Virus record (IMG/VR): IMGVR_UViG_3300045988_137377
Span: 1-32,052 of that record
DNA from: a virus
DNA length: 32,052 nucleotides
Direction: 5' to 3' (one strand)
Under the pieces are notes generated by a model. That model made no database searches. It was not told the origin of the DNA and was given only the letters and a program-made list of their open reading frames with translations. Both the position numbers and the translations under genes were made by a program. Positions 14,082 to 24,112 of this stretch are shown here, in pieces. Numbering within the stretch: position 1 is the stretch's first letter; the number at the start of each line of letters is the position of its first letter.

Positions 14082-14549
14082 TTAGACCTCCTCAATTCTA
14101 GCGGTACCATCACCATTATCTACCACACGGTAGTCACGTGGTGAACCGCCACCGCCCTGCTCAACATTGCGTACATTACCTCTACGGTAAGGTGCAGCGA
14201 AAATCTCAGCAATATCCAGAGAATCACCAGCCTGCACAGTAAAAACAACCGGGTCACACGGAATAACACCACCATCAGAATAAATCCGCGCGTGCGCCTC
14301 CCACGACCACCAAGCCGGGGCATCCTGCCCAGCCTCAGGCGCGAGCAGACGAATATCACGCTCACCCCCATACGACAAGTAGCCGCTAGAACCCAGCTCA
14401 GCCGTAACCTCAACAGGAAGCGAAGTCGCAGACCCCGACACCACAAGGCTAGTAGGGCGAAAAATAATCTTTCCACGAAGTGGGCGAGCAGACCCACCAA
14501 CAGGTGCAGCAGGATTCAAAAACCTGCCGCGAATAGTCGCATACCCCAT
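14082..14549 (-). CDS. Minor tail / baseplate-associated protein (155 aa)
   Basis: Position between the large tail-tip protein and the fibre. The RBS for the next gene (GAGGAGG) lies in its 3' end. Confidence 0.45.
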   Translation of the reverse strand: MGYATIRGRFLNPAAPVGGSARPLRGKIIFRPTSLVVSGSATSLPVEVTAELGSSGYLSYGGERDIRLLAPEAGQDAPAWWSWEAHARIYSDGGVIPCDPVVFTVQAGDSLDIAEIFAAPYRRGNVRNVEQGGGGSPRDYRVVDNGDGTARIEEV

Positions 14550-14565
14550 ACGCTAACTCCATTCT

Positions 14566-16821
14566 TTAGAAGACACGGCATGTAATCCGCGTCTGGTTAT
14601 CAGCTGGCACATGTGTAACACCAGTAATAAGGACGTTCAGTTCACCACCACTAGGCAGATCAACAATATACGTCTCCCCAATTTTAATATCCGGACGGAA
14701 AAAAACGGTAAGACTCGGAATCTGAATCTGAGACCGCGCCATAGCCGCAATATCCTGTGCAATCGCATGAGCATTATTCTGCGTATCACCCCATGGCCCA
14801 ATATCAAGCTCCAGCGCTGGTATTTTTTGGGCTGCAGGAGTCGTGGTAAACCTTGCGATATTCCTGTTCTTGCTGAAATCGATCTTCAACCCGCCACGGA
14901 TAATAGGGGTAGGCTTGCCTGCTAAGTCCTCCATCATGCCGTGCGCTTCACGCTGGGTAGGAAAGCGCGCCTGAATCGCATTTGTTGTACTGGTGTTTAC
15001 CTCATGTAGCACCCACTGCCAAGGCGTAATATCGTCTATATACGCTTCATACTGGGCTTCAATAAACCCCATCTCCCAGACATATTCCACAACAGAGCCA
15101 TGGTATAGTTTGCGCGCGTGTGCGTCAAATTCCGGGTCTGCACCATGGTTAGGTATTCTATCTATGGTGTACAAGTAGAAAAAGTCCATATTTAGCTCTG
15201 TGTCTGTCTCGAACCACTCTTCTGTATCAGCTGGGGAGAACCATGTAGTGCGACGCTCGGAAGGCTCCAAGTTACCACCTGAACCTTGCCAAAAAACCAC
15301 AGGCGCATCATTCCCTTTTGCACCCATGCGCGACCATTCCGCAATATTGTACGAGATGTTTACAGCAGATGCCAGTTTAGTCGAATCTTGTACCACATCG
15401 CAGCTGATTATTTCGTCAGCATCAATACGCATAGTCGGTTTACTGCTGATAATACGCGGAACATTTATAATATTTAGAACACCGTCAGCGTCATGCCACA
15501 TCATGCACGAAAAATACTCAGCAACCTCTTCGAGTACTTCCCTTGCTATACGCCCGCGCACAGAACGGGTAAAGGTAAGAGCCATCGCATGATCGGGCGG
15601 CGCAACACGCGCAAGCGTGCGCTCCTGGAAAGGTAAATCGCCATTCAGCAGAAGCACATCCGCGATATGCCCACCCTGTGACGCATAAATCTCAACAGCA
15701 TAAAGGTTTCCGCCATCACGCAATCGCGTATCAGGCAGGCTACCCAGCGCGTATTCTCCGTTTTCTTGGTCTACACGCCACTTATTTCCCTCTATCTTTA
15801 GCTCGAAACGTGCACCAGGTGCAAGCTTCATGGGCTTCTCTACAGTATCCAGTGCGATAGACCCATCAGCAAGGATGCCAAAGCGCGCAGCATCCCTAGC
15901 GCCACCCTTTTCGCAATAGATATTGATCCAGGTGTCACCAGACCTACTAAGGCTATTCTTTCCGCGCAGAATAAGCGGAACTCCTTTAGAATAAGTCTTG
16001 TTATGCCCGTTGGCTGTCTCATAGGTTGCGTGCCCGCGAGTTAGATATGATGTGCCTTCACCAAAATAGAAGGCGAAGAGTGGATGCCCAGAATCACCCC
16101 ATTTCGACCCGCCAGATGCTCCGATTAGCTGCCCGTGCCCGCGCCGCCAATTACACATGAAAGACCCCTGCAAAGGGGCATACAAGAGCACCTGCTTATT
16201 CTCGTAAACAGGCAGCTTAGACTTCACGGCAGGAGAGTAACCGCACTGCTCCAAAATATCCCAGATAAAGGAGGATAGTGAAGCGGCAGGGTAGAAACGC
16301 CCATTATCTGTGCGGCGGCGACCAGGCATAACATAAGCAAGAGGAAGCACCTCAACAACTTTAGACAGATTGTCGATATAGTCCACACACTCAGTCACTA
16401 GCCCGCCAGTACTCGAGTCGATCTTATTAGAAGAGACACGCCCCGTAAACACCTTGCTGTAGTACTGCTTGGTTATGGATGCGGGCGACTTGTGCAGAAA
16501 AATCTCCACCTTATCACCAAGATAAGGGATACTGAATTTATCAGCAAAATCAGGGCGATCAGCCGAAACAGACATGCTAACAAAATCAGGTGTAGCACCC
16601 ATAGGTATATCCCACGTAATAGTAGCACCCGAGTTAGAGAAACCATCATTAGTGGCGAGTCGACCCGCCGCATCTTTAGAGGCAGACTGGTTGATAGTCA
16701 CCTCATGCATCCCCTTATCGACACCGCCAATCATTATTGACGCGTTGATAACAGTCACACCATGTTTGGCTATCTCAGCCTCAGATTTGATTACTTGCGG
16801 TGGTGGAAAATCAGACCTCAT
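14566..16821 (-). CDS. Large tail-tip / baseplate hub protein (Tal-like, 751 aa)
   Basis: Size and position: second gene after the tape measure. Its start overlaps the upstream stop (TAATG). Confidence 0.5.
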   Translation of the reverse strand: MRSDFPPPQVIKSEAEIAKHGVTVINASIMIGGVDKGMHEVTINQSASKDAAGRLATNDGFSNSGATITWDIPMGATPDFVSMSVSADRPDFADKFSIPYLGDKVEIFLHKSPASITKQYYSKVFTGRVSSNKIDSSTGGLVTECVDYIDNLSKVVEVLPLAYVMPGRRRTDNGRFYPAASLSSFIWDILEQCGYSPAVKSKLPVYENKQVLLYAPLQGSFMCNWRRGHGQLIGASGGSKWGDSGHPLFAFYFGEGTSYLTRGHATYETANGHNKTYSKGVPLILRGKNSLSRSGDTWINIYCEKGGARDAARFGILADGSIALDTVEKPMKLAPGARFELKIEGNKWRVDQENGEYALGSLPDTRLRDGGNLYAVEIYASQGGHIADVLLLNGDLPFQERTLARVAPPDHAMALTFTRSVRGRIAREVLEEVAEYFSCMMWHDADGVLNIINVPRIISSKPTMRIDADEIISCDVVQDSTKLASAVNISYNIAEWSRMGAKGNDAPVVFWQGSGGNLEPSERRTTWFSPADTEEWFETDTELNMDFFYLYTIDRIPNHGADPEFDAHARKLYHGSVVEYVWEMGFIEAQYEAYIDDITPWQWVLHEVNTSTTNAIQARFPTQREAHGMMEDLAGKPTPIIRGGLKIDFSKNRNIARFTTTPAAQKIPALELDIGPWGDTQNNAHAIAQDIAAMARSQIQIPSLTVFFRPDIKIGETYIVDLPSGGELNVLITGVTHVPADNQTRITCRVF

Positions 16822-17672
16822 TATACAACCTTTGCCCTACCTGCTCCGACTTCAATAAACTTGCACTGATACTCATAAATAGGTGGCATACCAGTCATAC
16901 CGCGAAGCTTCTGCGAAGACAACTCGGTTAGCGCAACATTCTGAATACACCTGCCAGGTGTCCACGCCTTCATCTCCCTACCAGTAGTCAGGCTTGGGTA
17001 TCCAAGTTCGCCTTCTATTGCGGTAACGGAAAAGCTGATCGGGTTAGCGTCAAGAGTAAACCAGATTGCCTTGCGCGTTGGAAATAAGCCATCAAGCGAG
17101 CCACGCGAAAGAGTGTAGGTTATAGTCTTGGCTCCAGCAATATCTATCGCAATATTTATAGTAGAACCAGGCGATAGCACGGCACTGAAGTTATACTCTT
17201 GTCTACCGAAAGGCAATGGCTGGTGATCCACTACGCGTACATTTTTAGTTACCGAATATAAATCGCGGTAGAAAATAGATCGGTCATACTCATCAACTTC
17301 GCCACCAGAAAGTGTAGCCCCACCATTAACAGCAGCAGGCAACATCATAGAGTCACGCTCAGTAAGCAGATTCTCAACCTGAGACCCTGCCGGAAAAATA
17401 GTCAAAGGATAATACGTACTCAAATTGTGCACATTATAAGCAGCGTTCATGAGCATCATTTCGACTTTCTCACGATCTTTACCTGCAACACGGAATGTAG
17501 CCGAGAAATCTTTTAGCGCCTGAGGGCGACCATAGAAAGAGAACCTACGCGCACCAGTAGCAGACTGCTGCACCTGACGGTTAGCAAAAGAGTAGTTCAC
17601 CTGCTCTGTAGAGCCGCCTCGCACCTGCATAAAGGAGGCTTGCTGCCCAATCATCATAGGGTACGAACTCAA
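16821..17672 (-). CDS. Distal tail protein (Dit-like, 283 aa)
   Basis: Immediately downstream of the tape measure, which is the usual Dit position in siphoviruses. Confidence 0.5.
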   Translation of the reverse strand: MSSYPMMIGQQASFMQVRGGSTEQVNYSFANRQVQQSATGARRFSFYGRPQALKDFSATFRVAGKDREKVEMMLMNAAYNVHNLSTYYPLTIFPAGSQVENLLTERDSMMLPAAVNGGATLSGGEVDEYDRSIFYRDLYSVTKNVRVVDHQPLPFGRQEYNFSAVLSPGSTINIAIDIAGAKTITYTLSRGSLDGLFPTRKAIWFTLDANPISFSVTAIEGELGYPSLTTGREMKAWTPGRCIQNVALTELSSQKLRGMTGMPPIYEYQCKFIEVGAGRAKVV

Positions 17673-17677
17673 GGGGT

Positions 17678-20600
17678 TTACCTCCGTGCCTGCAAAGTTG
17701 TTGAACGCATCGTGCCGTAGAATTGTCGCCCATCAATATTTACCATAGGTCTCCAGTTAGACAGCGCCTCGACTATCTGATTATACAGGTCAGGTGCCTG
17801 GGGTGGTGCCACAAATTCACTCCGACCAGAGACGTGCCCGCCAGCAGAGAAGCCGCGCACAAAATCACCCGAATTGATACGCTCCAACAATCCACGATGC
17901 TTACGTGTAGCATCAGCATTCACGATAAACTCTCCTGATCGAACCATGAGAGGCACACCAGCATCAGTTACAGCAGGCACATTATCAGTCCACCTGGACA
18001 ACGGTTCACGCCCAGGGATAACACCTCCGGTAGCGAAGCCAGGGACAGCGCCACCATGCGCACGCCAACCGCCACGACGACCCAGAGTTTTCTTCACAGA
18101 ATCAACCATCTTCCGCTCAAAAATCTGGGTGATCGTAGTCGTCTTCTGGCGCGGAATGCTATCAAGGTTTGACTTGTAGTTATTGATGTTACTGTTAGCT
18201 ACACCTGTCCGAGCATTAGCAACCGTATCAACCCTACCAGGAACACTATTAGCCTTATTCGCCAAAGCACCAAGCTGCCCAAAAGCCTGCTCCGTATCAG
18301 CATTAGCTGCAATATTCACATTGCCACCCGCAGCGTCACTAGCCTCACGCAAATACTTGAGCTTACCCGTAGCCGCGTCCACACCAAACACCTGTGTACC
18401 GATAACGACCTCACGAGGCATACGCTCAATATCATTATTCAGAGAAGTCATCACACGGGCAGCCGTAGTATCAGCCCACGTGTCAATCGACACGCGGTCA
18501 GGGATAGCGTAAATCGAGTGAATCAGCTGTTCAGCCTCATCAGAGGTCAAACCCATCTGCAACGCAGACTGACGCAGCGTATCAATCACACCATGAATAT
18601 GGTTACGAACAGCGTCATAGTCGCCACCCTGACGAGCAACAGCAGAAGAAGCCTGGATACCTTCCTGCGCCATCTTCGCAAAAGCATCATTCAGCTTTTG
18701 CCCCGCTTTCGTGGTCTGATCGAAAGTTCTCGTCTGCCCATCATATGCCGCTGAGTTCTTCTGGATAGCCTCAGACAAATCGTCCATGGACTTGTAGTAG
18801 TCAGCCATGCTCTTAGTCGAGTCAGCAAACCCGCCCGCGAGCATCTTCAAACCCTTATCAAGGTCTTCAACAGCAGAGCCAGCACCCTCAACCCATTTAG
18901 CCATCTCCTGCGCTTCACCAGAAAGCCCCTGCATAGCGGCAGAGCCTTCATCTAGCGAGTTTTTCTGAACCTCAAGGGAGTGTTTCAGCTCGTCCTGTGC
19001 ACGAGCAGCATCAGCAAGCTTGGGTGGATACTCGCCAAGCATGACCTGGTACTTCTCTTCATCAGTCAGAGACACGTTCAGGGACGAAGCATAATTCTCG
19101 ACGGCTTCTTTCAGCTTCGGGAACGCCTGCATGTACTCCTGAGCCGTGTATTTCGCGCGCCCCTGCGCCTCAGACGCTGCGTCTGTTTCGCGTACAATCG
19201 ACTGGAAGAACTTCTCAGCCTCACCACGATTCTCAGCATACAAGCTGCCCAATGACTCATCTAGGTTCGTTACAGCCTCTTTGAGAGCGTCAGCACCAAC
19301 CTTAGCGCCAGCCGTGTGGGATACCCATTGAGAGAAGCCTTCCATCGCGTCGCCAGAGTCAGCCTTGAGCTTCACCAGGGCTTCACCCAAGCCGTTCACC
19401 TTGGGCACTTGGTCTTCCAGACCAAGGAAAGCCCAGGTAGCTTTACCGCCCATGTCTTTGAATTTCTGGTTTACCTGGTCTAGGTTTCCGCCCGTGTTCT
19501 TTAGCGCACTGTTCATACTGTCGAGTGATGGTGCTTTGTACTCCGTGTTCGCTGCGCTAACGAAAAGCACGATACCTTCGGCTGCGAGTGCGGCGGTACC
19601 AGCGATCTTGCCTAGTGTTGCACCGAGCCTACCGAGCTTTGAGCCGCTAGCAGCGGCAGCTGCACCCTCAGTAGACTCGGCAAGCTCTCGTGTAGATGCT
19701 GATGCAGTACTCGCAGACACGGAGAATGAAGCCAGCGTGGCTTTCATGGTCTGGTATGCAGTGATGAATTTAGCGGCGGCGGCTACACCAAGCAAGGCTA
19801 CACCGGTGAGACCGACCACAGTAAGGTTCACTGCGAGGAATGACGGCGGCAGCTTACCCATGAAATCGAGTAGACCTGTAGCCATCTGCACGAGTCCACG
19901 GAAGAAATCAGACAGGCCGCCGGAAGAGCTAAGAATAATCGTGTCGATAGCACCACCTAGCTTCTCAATATCGCCAGCTAGGTTGTCCTGCTGAATAGCA
20001 GCCGTACTAGCAGCGTATCCAGCGTCATTAGTCTTATCGATCCAGCCTTGAATGCCTTCTTGCCCTTGGGTGTATAGCACGTTGGCGGCACGCACAGCGT
20101 CAGACCCGAAGATGGTTGCGAGCGCAGCGTCACGCTGTGCGGGTGTCAGGTTCTCTAGCCCACGCTTCAGATCGCCAGCAACAGCGGTAATACCCTTGAA
20201 CTTACCCTCAGCATTGTACAGTGAGATGCCGTACTCAGCCATAAGCCCAGCCGCTTCCTTGGATGGATTCTGTAGCTTCTGCAGCATGACCTTGAAAGAT
20301 GTACCAGCGTCAGAGCCGACCAGACCAGCAGACGCGAACGCAGCAAGCGTACCCGTTGTCTCCTCAATCGACAACCCGGTTTGCGCCGCGACAAGACCAG
20401 ACTGTTTAAGGGCATACCCGAGGTCGCCAACGCTACCCTGAGCTTTACCAGCACCAGCCGCAAGAAGGTCAGCAACATGCCCAATATCCGAGCCTTTCAA
20501 CCCGAACTGGGTCATCGCCGTAGCAGCCAACTCGGCAGCCTCGCCAACCTCAATATTACCCGCAGCAGCGAGCGACAACGCACCAGACAACCCACCACCG

Positions 20601-21556
20601 AGAATGTCCTTAGTCTCGACACCAGCCTTAGCAAGCTCTTCAATACCATTAGCCGCCTCAGAGCCAGAGTACTTAGTGTCCGCGCCAGCCTTCATAGCAG
20701 CCTCACGAAGCTTATTCATATTGCCAGCAGTCTCATGCGTAGCCGCCTGCACCTGCGACATAGCCTTGTCAAAATCGGCGTACTGCTTCACAGCGTACCC
20801 AAAACCAGCCGTAAGCGCGGCACCACCAAGCGCAGCGCCCGTAGAAATATGATCCAAAGCGTCACGGTTCGACAGAATATTCTTCGCGAGAGTGCGAGCC
20901 TCATTACCCAGGTCACGGAAATACCCGCCAACGCTAGAAACCATAGCCCGCCCACGATCAGCCATAGCCCCAAATGCACCAGTCACAGAGTCCTTAGCGC
21001 TAGAGAACGCATAACGAATACCCGTAGTAAACGAGTTATACATCACAGCAGAACCAAAGTTACTGTTCCTGAATGCAGACCCAGCCGCAGACGCTGCAGA
21101 AGACACACTAGACTTAACAGCCGACGCATAGTCACGCCACCCAACACTAGCGGTACGAGACGCACGCTCCATTACACCGGTAATACTGCCCGCGCTTGCT
21201 TTCGCGGCTTCTGCGGCTTCTTTGTATGCTGCTTTTTCGGCTCGGGTCATTCCGCTTATTACGCCTACGCGTTCGCGTGCTGCGGTGGATGCGGCTGCGG
21301 CGGCGGCGCGTCCTGCTTCTCGTGCGGCGGCGGCGGCTGATTGGGCGGAGCCTTTGGCTGCTTCGGATTGCGCGGCTTTGGCTGCGTTGGCTGTTGCTTT
21401 TGCTGTTTCGTGTGCAGCCTGTTGTGCTGCGTTGCGTGCACTGTTGGCGGCGGCTGTCACGCCGGCGACAAAGTTCTTGGTGTCTGCCCGTAGCTGGATA
21501 GTGACTGTTTGCGCAGCGCTTGATTTGCCTCCGCGTGATCCGCCGGTTCGTGCCAT
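17678..21556 (-). CDS. Tape measure protein (1292 aa)
   Basis: Ala-rich helical N-terminus; TP901-type TMP core (KQYADFDKAMSQVQAAT...GIEELAKAGV...GDLGYALKQSG...SFKVMLQKL); hydrophobic central segments; longest ORF after the chaperone pair. Confidence 0.9.
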   Translation of the reverse strand: MARTGGSRGGKSSAAQTVTIQLRADTKNFVAGVTAAANSARNAAQQAAHETAKATANAAKAAQSEAAKGSAQSAAAAAREAGRAAAAAASTAARERVGVISGMTRAEKAAYKEAAEAAKASAGSITGVMERASRTASVGWRDYASAVKSSVSSAASAAGSAFRNSNFGSAVMYNSFTTGIRYAFSSAKDSVTGAFGAMADRGRAMVSSVGGYFRDLGNEARTLAKNILSNRDALDHISTGAALGGAALTAGFGYAVKQYADFDKAMSQVQAATHETAGNMNKLREAAMKAGADTKYSGSEAANGIEELAKAGVETKDILGGGLSGALSLAAAGNIEVGEAAELAATAMTQFGLKGSDIGHVADLLAAGAGKAQGSVGDLGYALKQSGLVAAQTGLSIEETTGTLAAFASAGLVGSDAGTSFKVMLQKLQNPSKEAAGLMAEYGISLYNAEGKFKGITAVAGDLKRGLENLTPAQRDAALATIFGSDAVRAANVLYTQGQEGIQGWIDKTNDAGYAASTAAIQQDNLAGDIEKLGGAIDTIILSSSGGLSDFFRGLVQMATGLLDFMGKLPPSFLAVNLTVVGLTGVALLGVAAAAKFITAYQTMKATLASFSVSASTASASTRELAESTEGAAAAASGSKLGRLGATLGKIAGTAALAAEGIVLFVSAANTEYKAPSLDSMNSALKNTGGNLDQVNQKFKDMGGKATWAFLGLEDQVPKVNGLGEALVKLKADSGDAMEGFSQWVSHTAGAKVGADALKEAVTNLDESLGSLYAENRGEAEKFFQSIVRETDAASEAQGRAKYTAQEYMQAFPKLKEAVENYASSLNVSLTDEEKYQVMLGEYPPKLADAARAQDELKHSLEVQKNSLDEGSAAMQGLSGEAQEMAKWVEGAGSAVEDLDKGLKMLAGGFADSTKSMADYYKSMDDLSEAIQKNSAAYDGQTRTFDQTTKAGQKLNDAFAKMAQEGIQASSAVARQGGDYDAVRNHIHGVIDTLRQSALQMGLTSDEAEQLIHSIYAIPDRVSIDTWADTTAARVMTSLNNDIERMPREVVIGTQVFGVDAATGKLKYLREASDAAGGNVNIAANADTEQAFGQLGALANKANSVPGRVDTVANARTGVANSNINNYKSNLDSIPRQKTTTITQIFERKMVDSVKKTLGRRGGWRAHGGAVPGFATGGVIPGREPLSRWTDNVPAVTDAGVPLMVRSGEFIVNADATRKHRGLLERINSGDFVRGFSAGGHVSGRSEFVAPPQAPDLYNQIVEALSNWRPMVNIDGRQFYGTMRSTTLQARR

Positions 21557-21560
21557 GCTA

Positions 21561-22031
21561 TTACTCCTGCTCTTCCTCAGATAGTTGCTGCTGCCATTCT
21601 AGTAGGTCTAGGTACGCTGGGTCTTCTGTCGCGTCGTAAGGCTCCGGAACAAGAATATCGCCTGGGCGGGGCTTGTAGTCTTCCCGCTGCGTGATTTGCT
21701 CGACAGCTTCCTTTGCCTTACAGGTGTATGTTTCGACCTCGAACTGGGTGTGCCCTTCACGGCATTTTTTGCGTGGGTTGCCGCATTCTGGGCATAGCTC
21801 AGCCTGGTAGATTTCCCACCCTAACGCGGCTGTCATGTCGCGGTCTGTCCAGTCGCGGGTACTGTCGCCCAATAGCATTGCGGATGGTGGTTTGCCCCAG
21901 CGGGCGGCTGCACGCATTACGAGTACAGCCGCCGCATTTTCTTCTTCTATTAGGCTATCGGCGACGAAATCGGGGCGACACCTCCAGCGTTGCCTCGGCG
22001 GCGCGTGCTTCGCCGTAGGTTGAGAGGCACT
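21561..22031 (-). CDS. Tail assembly chaperone downstream frame (T-like part); open from 22031, first ATG 21917 lacks an RBS; expected to be expressed as a frameshift fusion with 21955-22509
   Basis: Overlaps the last ~25 codons of the upstream chaperone ORF. Its frame is +1 relative to that ORF (first-base coordinates 2 vs 0 mod 3). Confidence 0.55.
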   Translation of the reverse strand, partial: SASQPTAKHAPPRQRWRCRPDFVADSLIEEENAAAVLVMRAAARWGKPPSAMLLGDSTRDWTDRDMTAALGWEIYQAELCPECGNPRKKCREGHTQFEVETYTCKAKEAVEQITQREDYKPRPGDILVPEPYDATEDPAYLDLLEWQQQLSEEEQE

Positions 22032-22509
22032 TTACGAATTGCCCACCTAGAGTGTCAGCAAGTTTAAGCCACTGTGACGCGGCGAGTGACTGCCCTTCAA
22101 GAGTGGCGGTGAGCTGGAACACGCGCGCCCACCATGTCAGGTCTTCGGTGTCCACTTCGTCCTTACCGGTGTCTTTCTTCCAGTCCTTGTTGATTTCTTT
22201 CAGCTCAGCATCAGTGAGGACACGGGTACGGAAAGTAGCAGTCTTAGCGTTAGCAGTAATTTCTTCTACCTGCTCATACAGCGCGGCAAGCTCACCGTCG
22301 AGTGATTCTGAGGCGACAGTCTCCATGTCGTCGCTCTCACCCTCTGCGCGCAACGCCTCTAGCTTTTCGATCTGCTCTTCAACATTCGCCAAATCTGCCA
22401 CATCATCAGGATTCAAAAGCAGCAGGGTTTCGCGGTGCAGCTTGTACTGGTCTGCACCAGACAACCACTCGGAAAGATTAAAAGCGTTCTCAGCAGTGTT
22501 CTTAGCCAT
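21955..22509 (-). CDS. Tail assembly chaperone (G-like, 184 aa); start moved to ATG 22509
   Basis: AGGGAGAA RBS lies before MAKNTAENAF. Acidic protein between the major tail protein and the tape measure. Confidence 0.65.
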   Translation of the reverse strand: MAKNTAENAFNLSEWLSGADQYKLHRETLLLLNPDDVADLANVEEQIEKLEALRAEGESDDMETVASESLDGELAALYEQVEEITANAKTATFRTRVLTDAELKEINKDWKKDTGKDEVDTEDLTWWARVFQLTATLEGQSLAASQWLKLADTLGGQFVKCLSTYGEARAAEATLEVSPRFRRR

Positions 22510-22622
22510 TTTTGTATTCTCCCTATCAGGTGGTGTGATGGGTAAAAAATATTGGGTGCCTCCCACAACCACCACAGGGGAGACACCCAATATTGTATCA
22601 CTCACTCACTCAAGACACATTA

Positions 22623-23177
22623 CTATGCTACCACACTAATAAACTCACGGAAACCAGTCACCTGGCACTTGTGAATGGTGCGGATGTAACCAGAGGTGCG
22701 GTCAGCTGCTTCATTTACTGGGTGCGGCTGGTCGAATGAGCATGCGTAGATGCTGATTTCGTCGCCCTCTGCGAAAGGGTCATAGTACGGCTTGTTGGTG
22801 TGACGGGTGACAACATACGCCTCGGTGCCTTTATTCTTGAGCATCTGGAAAATCTTGTCACGCACCGGGTCGAACTTGCCGCCGTTAGCGCCTTCCTGGA
22901 AGTATCGGAAGATAGCAAGCTCAACCTCCGCATTGGACTGCCCCCAAGCCTTAGCATTTGTATCTTCACAGACCGCAGCCATGCCGTCAATGGTTTCAGA
23001 GTCAGTAGACCCGATCTTGGTCTGCGACTTGATAGCCGCACACGAAATATCCAGGGCAGTATTAGCGTTAAGCTCAGCTACCTTCGGCTTGTCCATAGAG
23101 ACAACGCCACCCATAGGAATAAGCATCAGCTTTAATTTAGCACCCGCATAGGTGCGTCCCGGCGAAGAATCAGCCAT
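22623..23177 (-). CDS. Major tail protein (184 aa)
   Basis: Position immediately upstream of the chaperone pair. Size is typical. Confidence 0.6.
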   Translation of the reverse strand: MADSSPGRTYAGAKLKLMLIPMGGVVSMDKPKVAELNANTALDISCAAIKSQTKIGSTDSETIDGMAAVCEDTNAKAWGQSNAEVELAIFRYFQEGANGGKFDPVRDKIFQMLKNKGTEAYVVTRHTNKPYYDPFAEGDEISIYACSFDQPHPVNEAADRTSGYIRTIHKCQVTGFREFISVVA

Positions 23178-23352
23178 TGTAGTCCTCCTCAGACTCGGTA
23201 AACTCGGTTGTAGTGTATTCTACTGGCTCTGCTGGTTCCTGCTCGCGCTGTGACGGCGGAACCTCAAAACCAAATAGCTCAATGTAGCTGGCAGGCACAT
23301 ACGCGAGACGGCGTGTCTCGGGGTGTACTAGCCACATAAAATTATCCATCAT
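23170..23352 (-). CDS. Small hypothetical protein (60 aa, acidic C-terminus)
   Basis: Tightly packed ORF overlapping both neighbours by a few nt. Confidence 0.45.
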   Translation of the reverse strand: MMDNFMWLVHPETRRLAYVPASYIELFGFEVPPSQREQEPAEPVEYTTTEFTESEEDYNG

Positions 23353-23783
23353 TACCCCCTAGGTATGGTAATAGTGTACGTCAAAGGCGTGTATAGTCGT
23401 GCAGGCGTGACCTCTGAGTCTGTTAGCATGACCTGCCCTTGAGCCTGTGCCCAGTCAAGGTTAGCGTAGCTGTCACCCATTATCTTTGTGGTCGCGAGCC
23501 GGTCACGCACAGCATCGGTGAGCGCATAAAGCTCATGCGTGGTATGGGCTACACAAGTGACAGTGAAATCGACAGTCAAAGAATCATTGTCAGGTGTACC
23601 GCATAGCCCTACCATGTCCTCATACCCTGCACCTACACCCATAAAAATAGCCACATACGGCTTAATATGGTTAGGCAGGTACTCGGGCACAGGCTCAGGA
23701 ACAAAACCCTGGAACACTGAAACGTTCTCGATACCAGTTAGCGCACGCTCGATAGCTTCCGCAAGCTCGATAGTGATACTCAC
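23352..23783 (-). CDS. Tail terminator / head-tail completion protein (143 aa)
   Basis: Position between the HK97-gp10-like protein and the major tail protein. Confidence 0.45.
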   Translation of the reverse strand: MSITIELAEAIERALTGIENVSVFQGFVPEPVPEYLPNHIKPYVAIFMGVGAGYEDMVGLCGTPDNDSLTVDFTVTCVAHTTHELYALTDAVRDRLATTKIMGDSYANLDWAQAQGQVMLTDSEVTPARLYTPLTYTITIPRG

Positions 23784-24112
23784 AGCTCTACCCCCTCAAT
23801 GACAGCCGCCACCATGTCATCCATAGTCGCTTCAATAGCAGGGCGCATGTGCGAGCGCGGAGCCATCTTAGATGTACCGAACTCAACATACGCGGCGTAT
23901 GGTGCAGCAGAGATAACATCCGCTGCATTTTTCCCAGCCTTAGCTGCCGTGATGTTTGAGCGCAAGTAGCCGGTGCGTACTGGTGCGCGGCGTTTAGCCT
24001 CATCACGCAGTATCTTACCTGCTGCGAGTACCTGCGGTGAGAAATCGTGAGCAGCCGCTACCTGGAAGGTAACAGCCAGCTTCTTCATTTCTTCCCAATC
24101 CTGCTGCATCAT
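23780..24112 (-). CDS. HK97 gp10-like head-tail adaptor
   Basis: APVRTGYLRSNI...APYAAYVEFGTSKMAPRSHMRPA matches the HK97-gp10 family signature (P..TG.L..s...Ya..vEfGt). Confidence 0.6.
   Translation of the reverse strand: MMQQDWEEMKKLAVTFQVAAAHDFSPQVLAAGKILRDEAKRRAPVRTGYLRSNITAAKAGKNAADVISAAPYAAYVEFGTSKMAPRSHMRPAIEATMDDMVAAVIEGVEL

Noticed and set aside
11704-14085. Long plus-strand ORFs (11704-12399, 13340-13714, 13396-14085) opposite the fibre genes
   Set aside because: Their translations are Arg/Ser/Leu/Asn-rich and repetitive, as expected for the antisense of Ala/Val/Gln-rich coding sequence. The minus-strand frame carries recognisable domains.
19365-21584. Plus-strand ORFs (19365-19994, 20052-20441, 20381-21340, 21196-21584) opposite the tape measure gene
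   Set aside because: These lie antisense to a 1292-aa ORF with a TMP core motif. Their products are Arg/Ser/Cys/Leu low-complexity sequences, which is typical of open antisense frames in Ala-rich genes.
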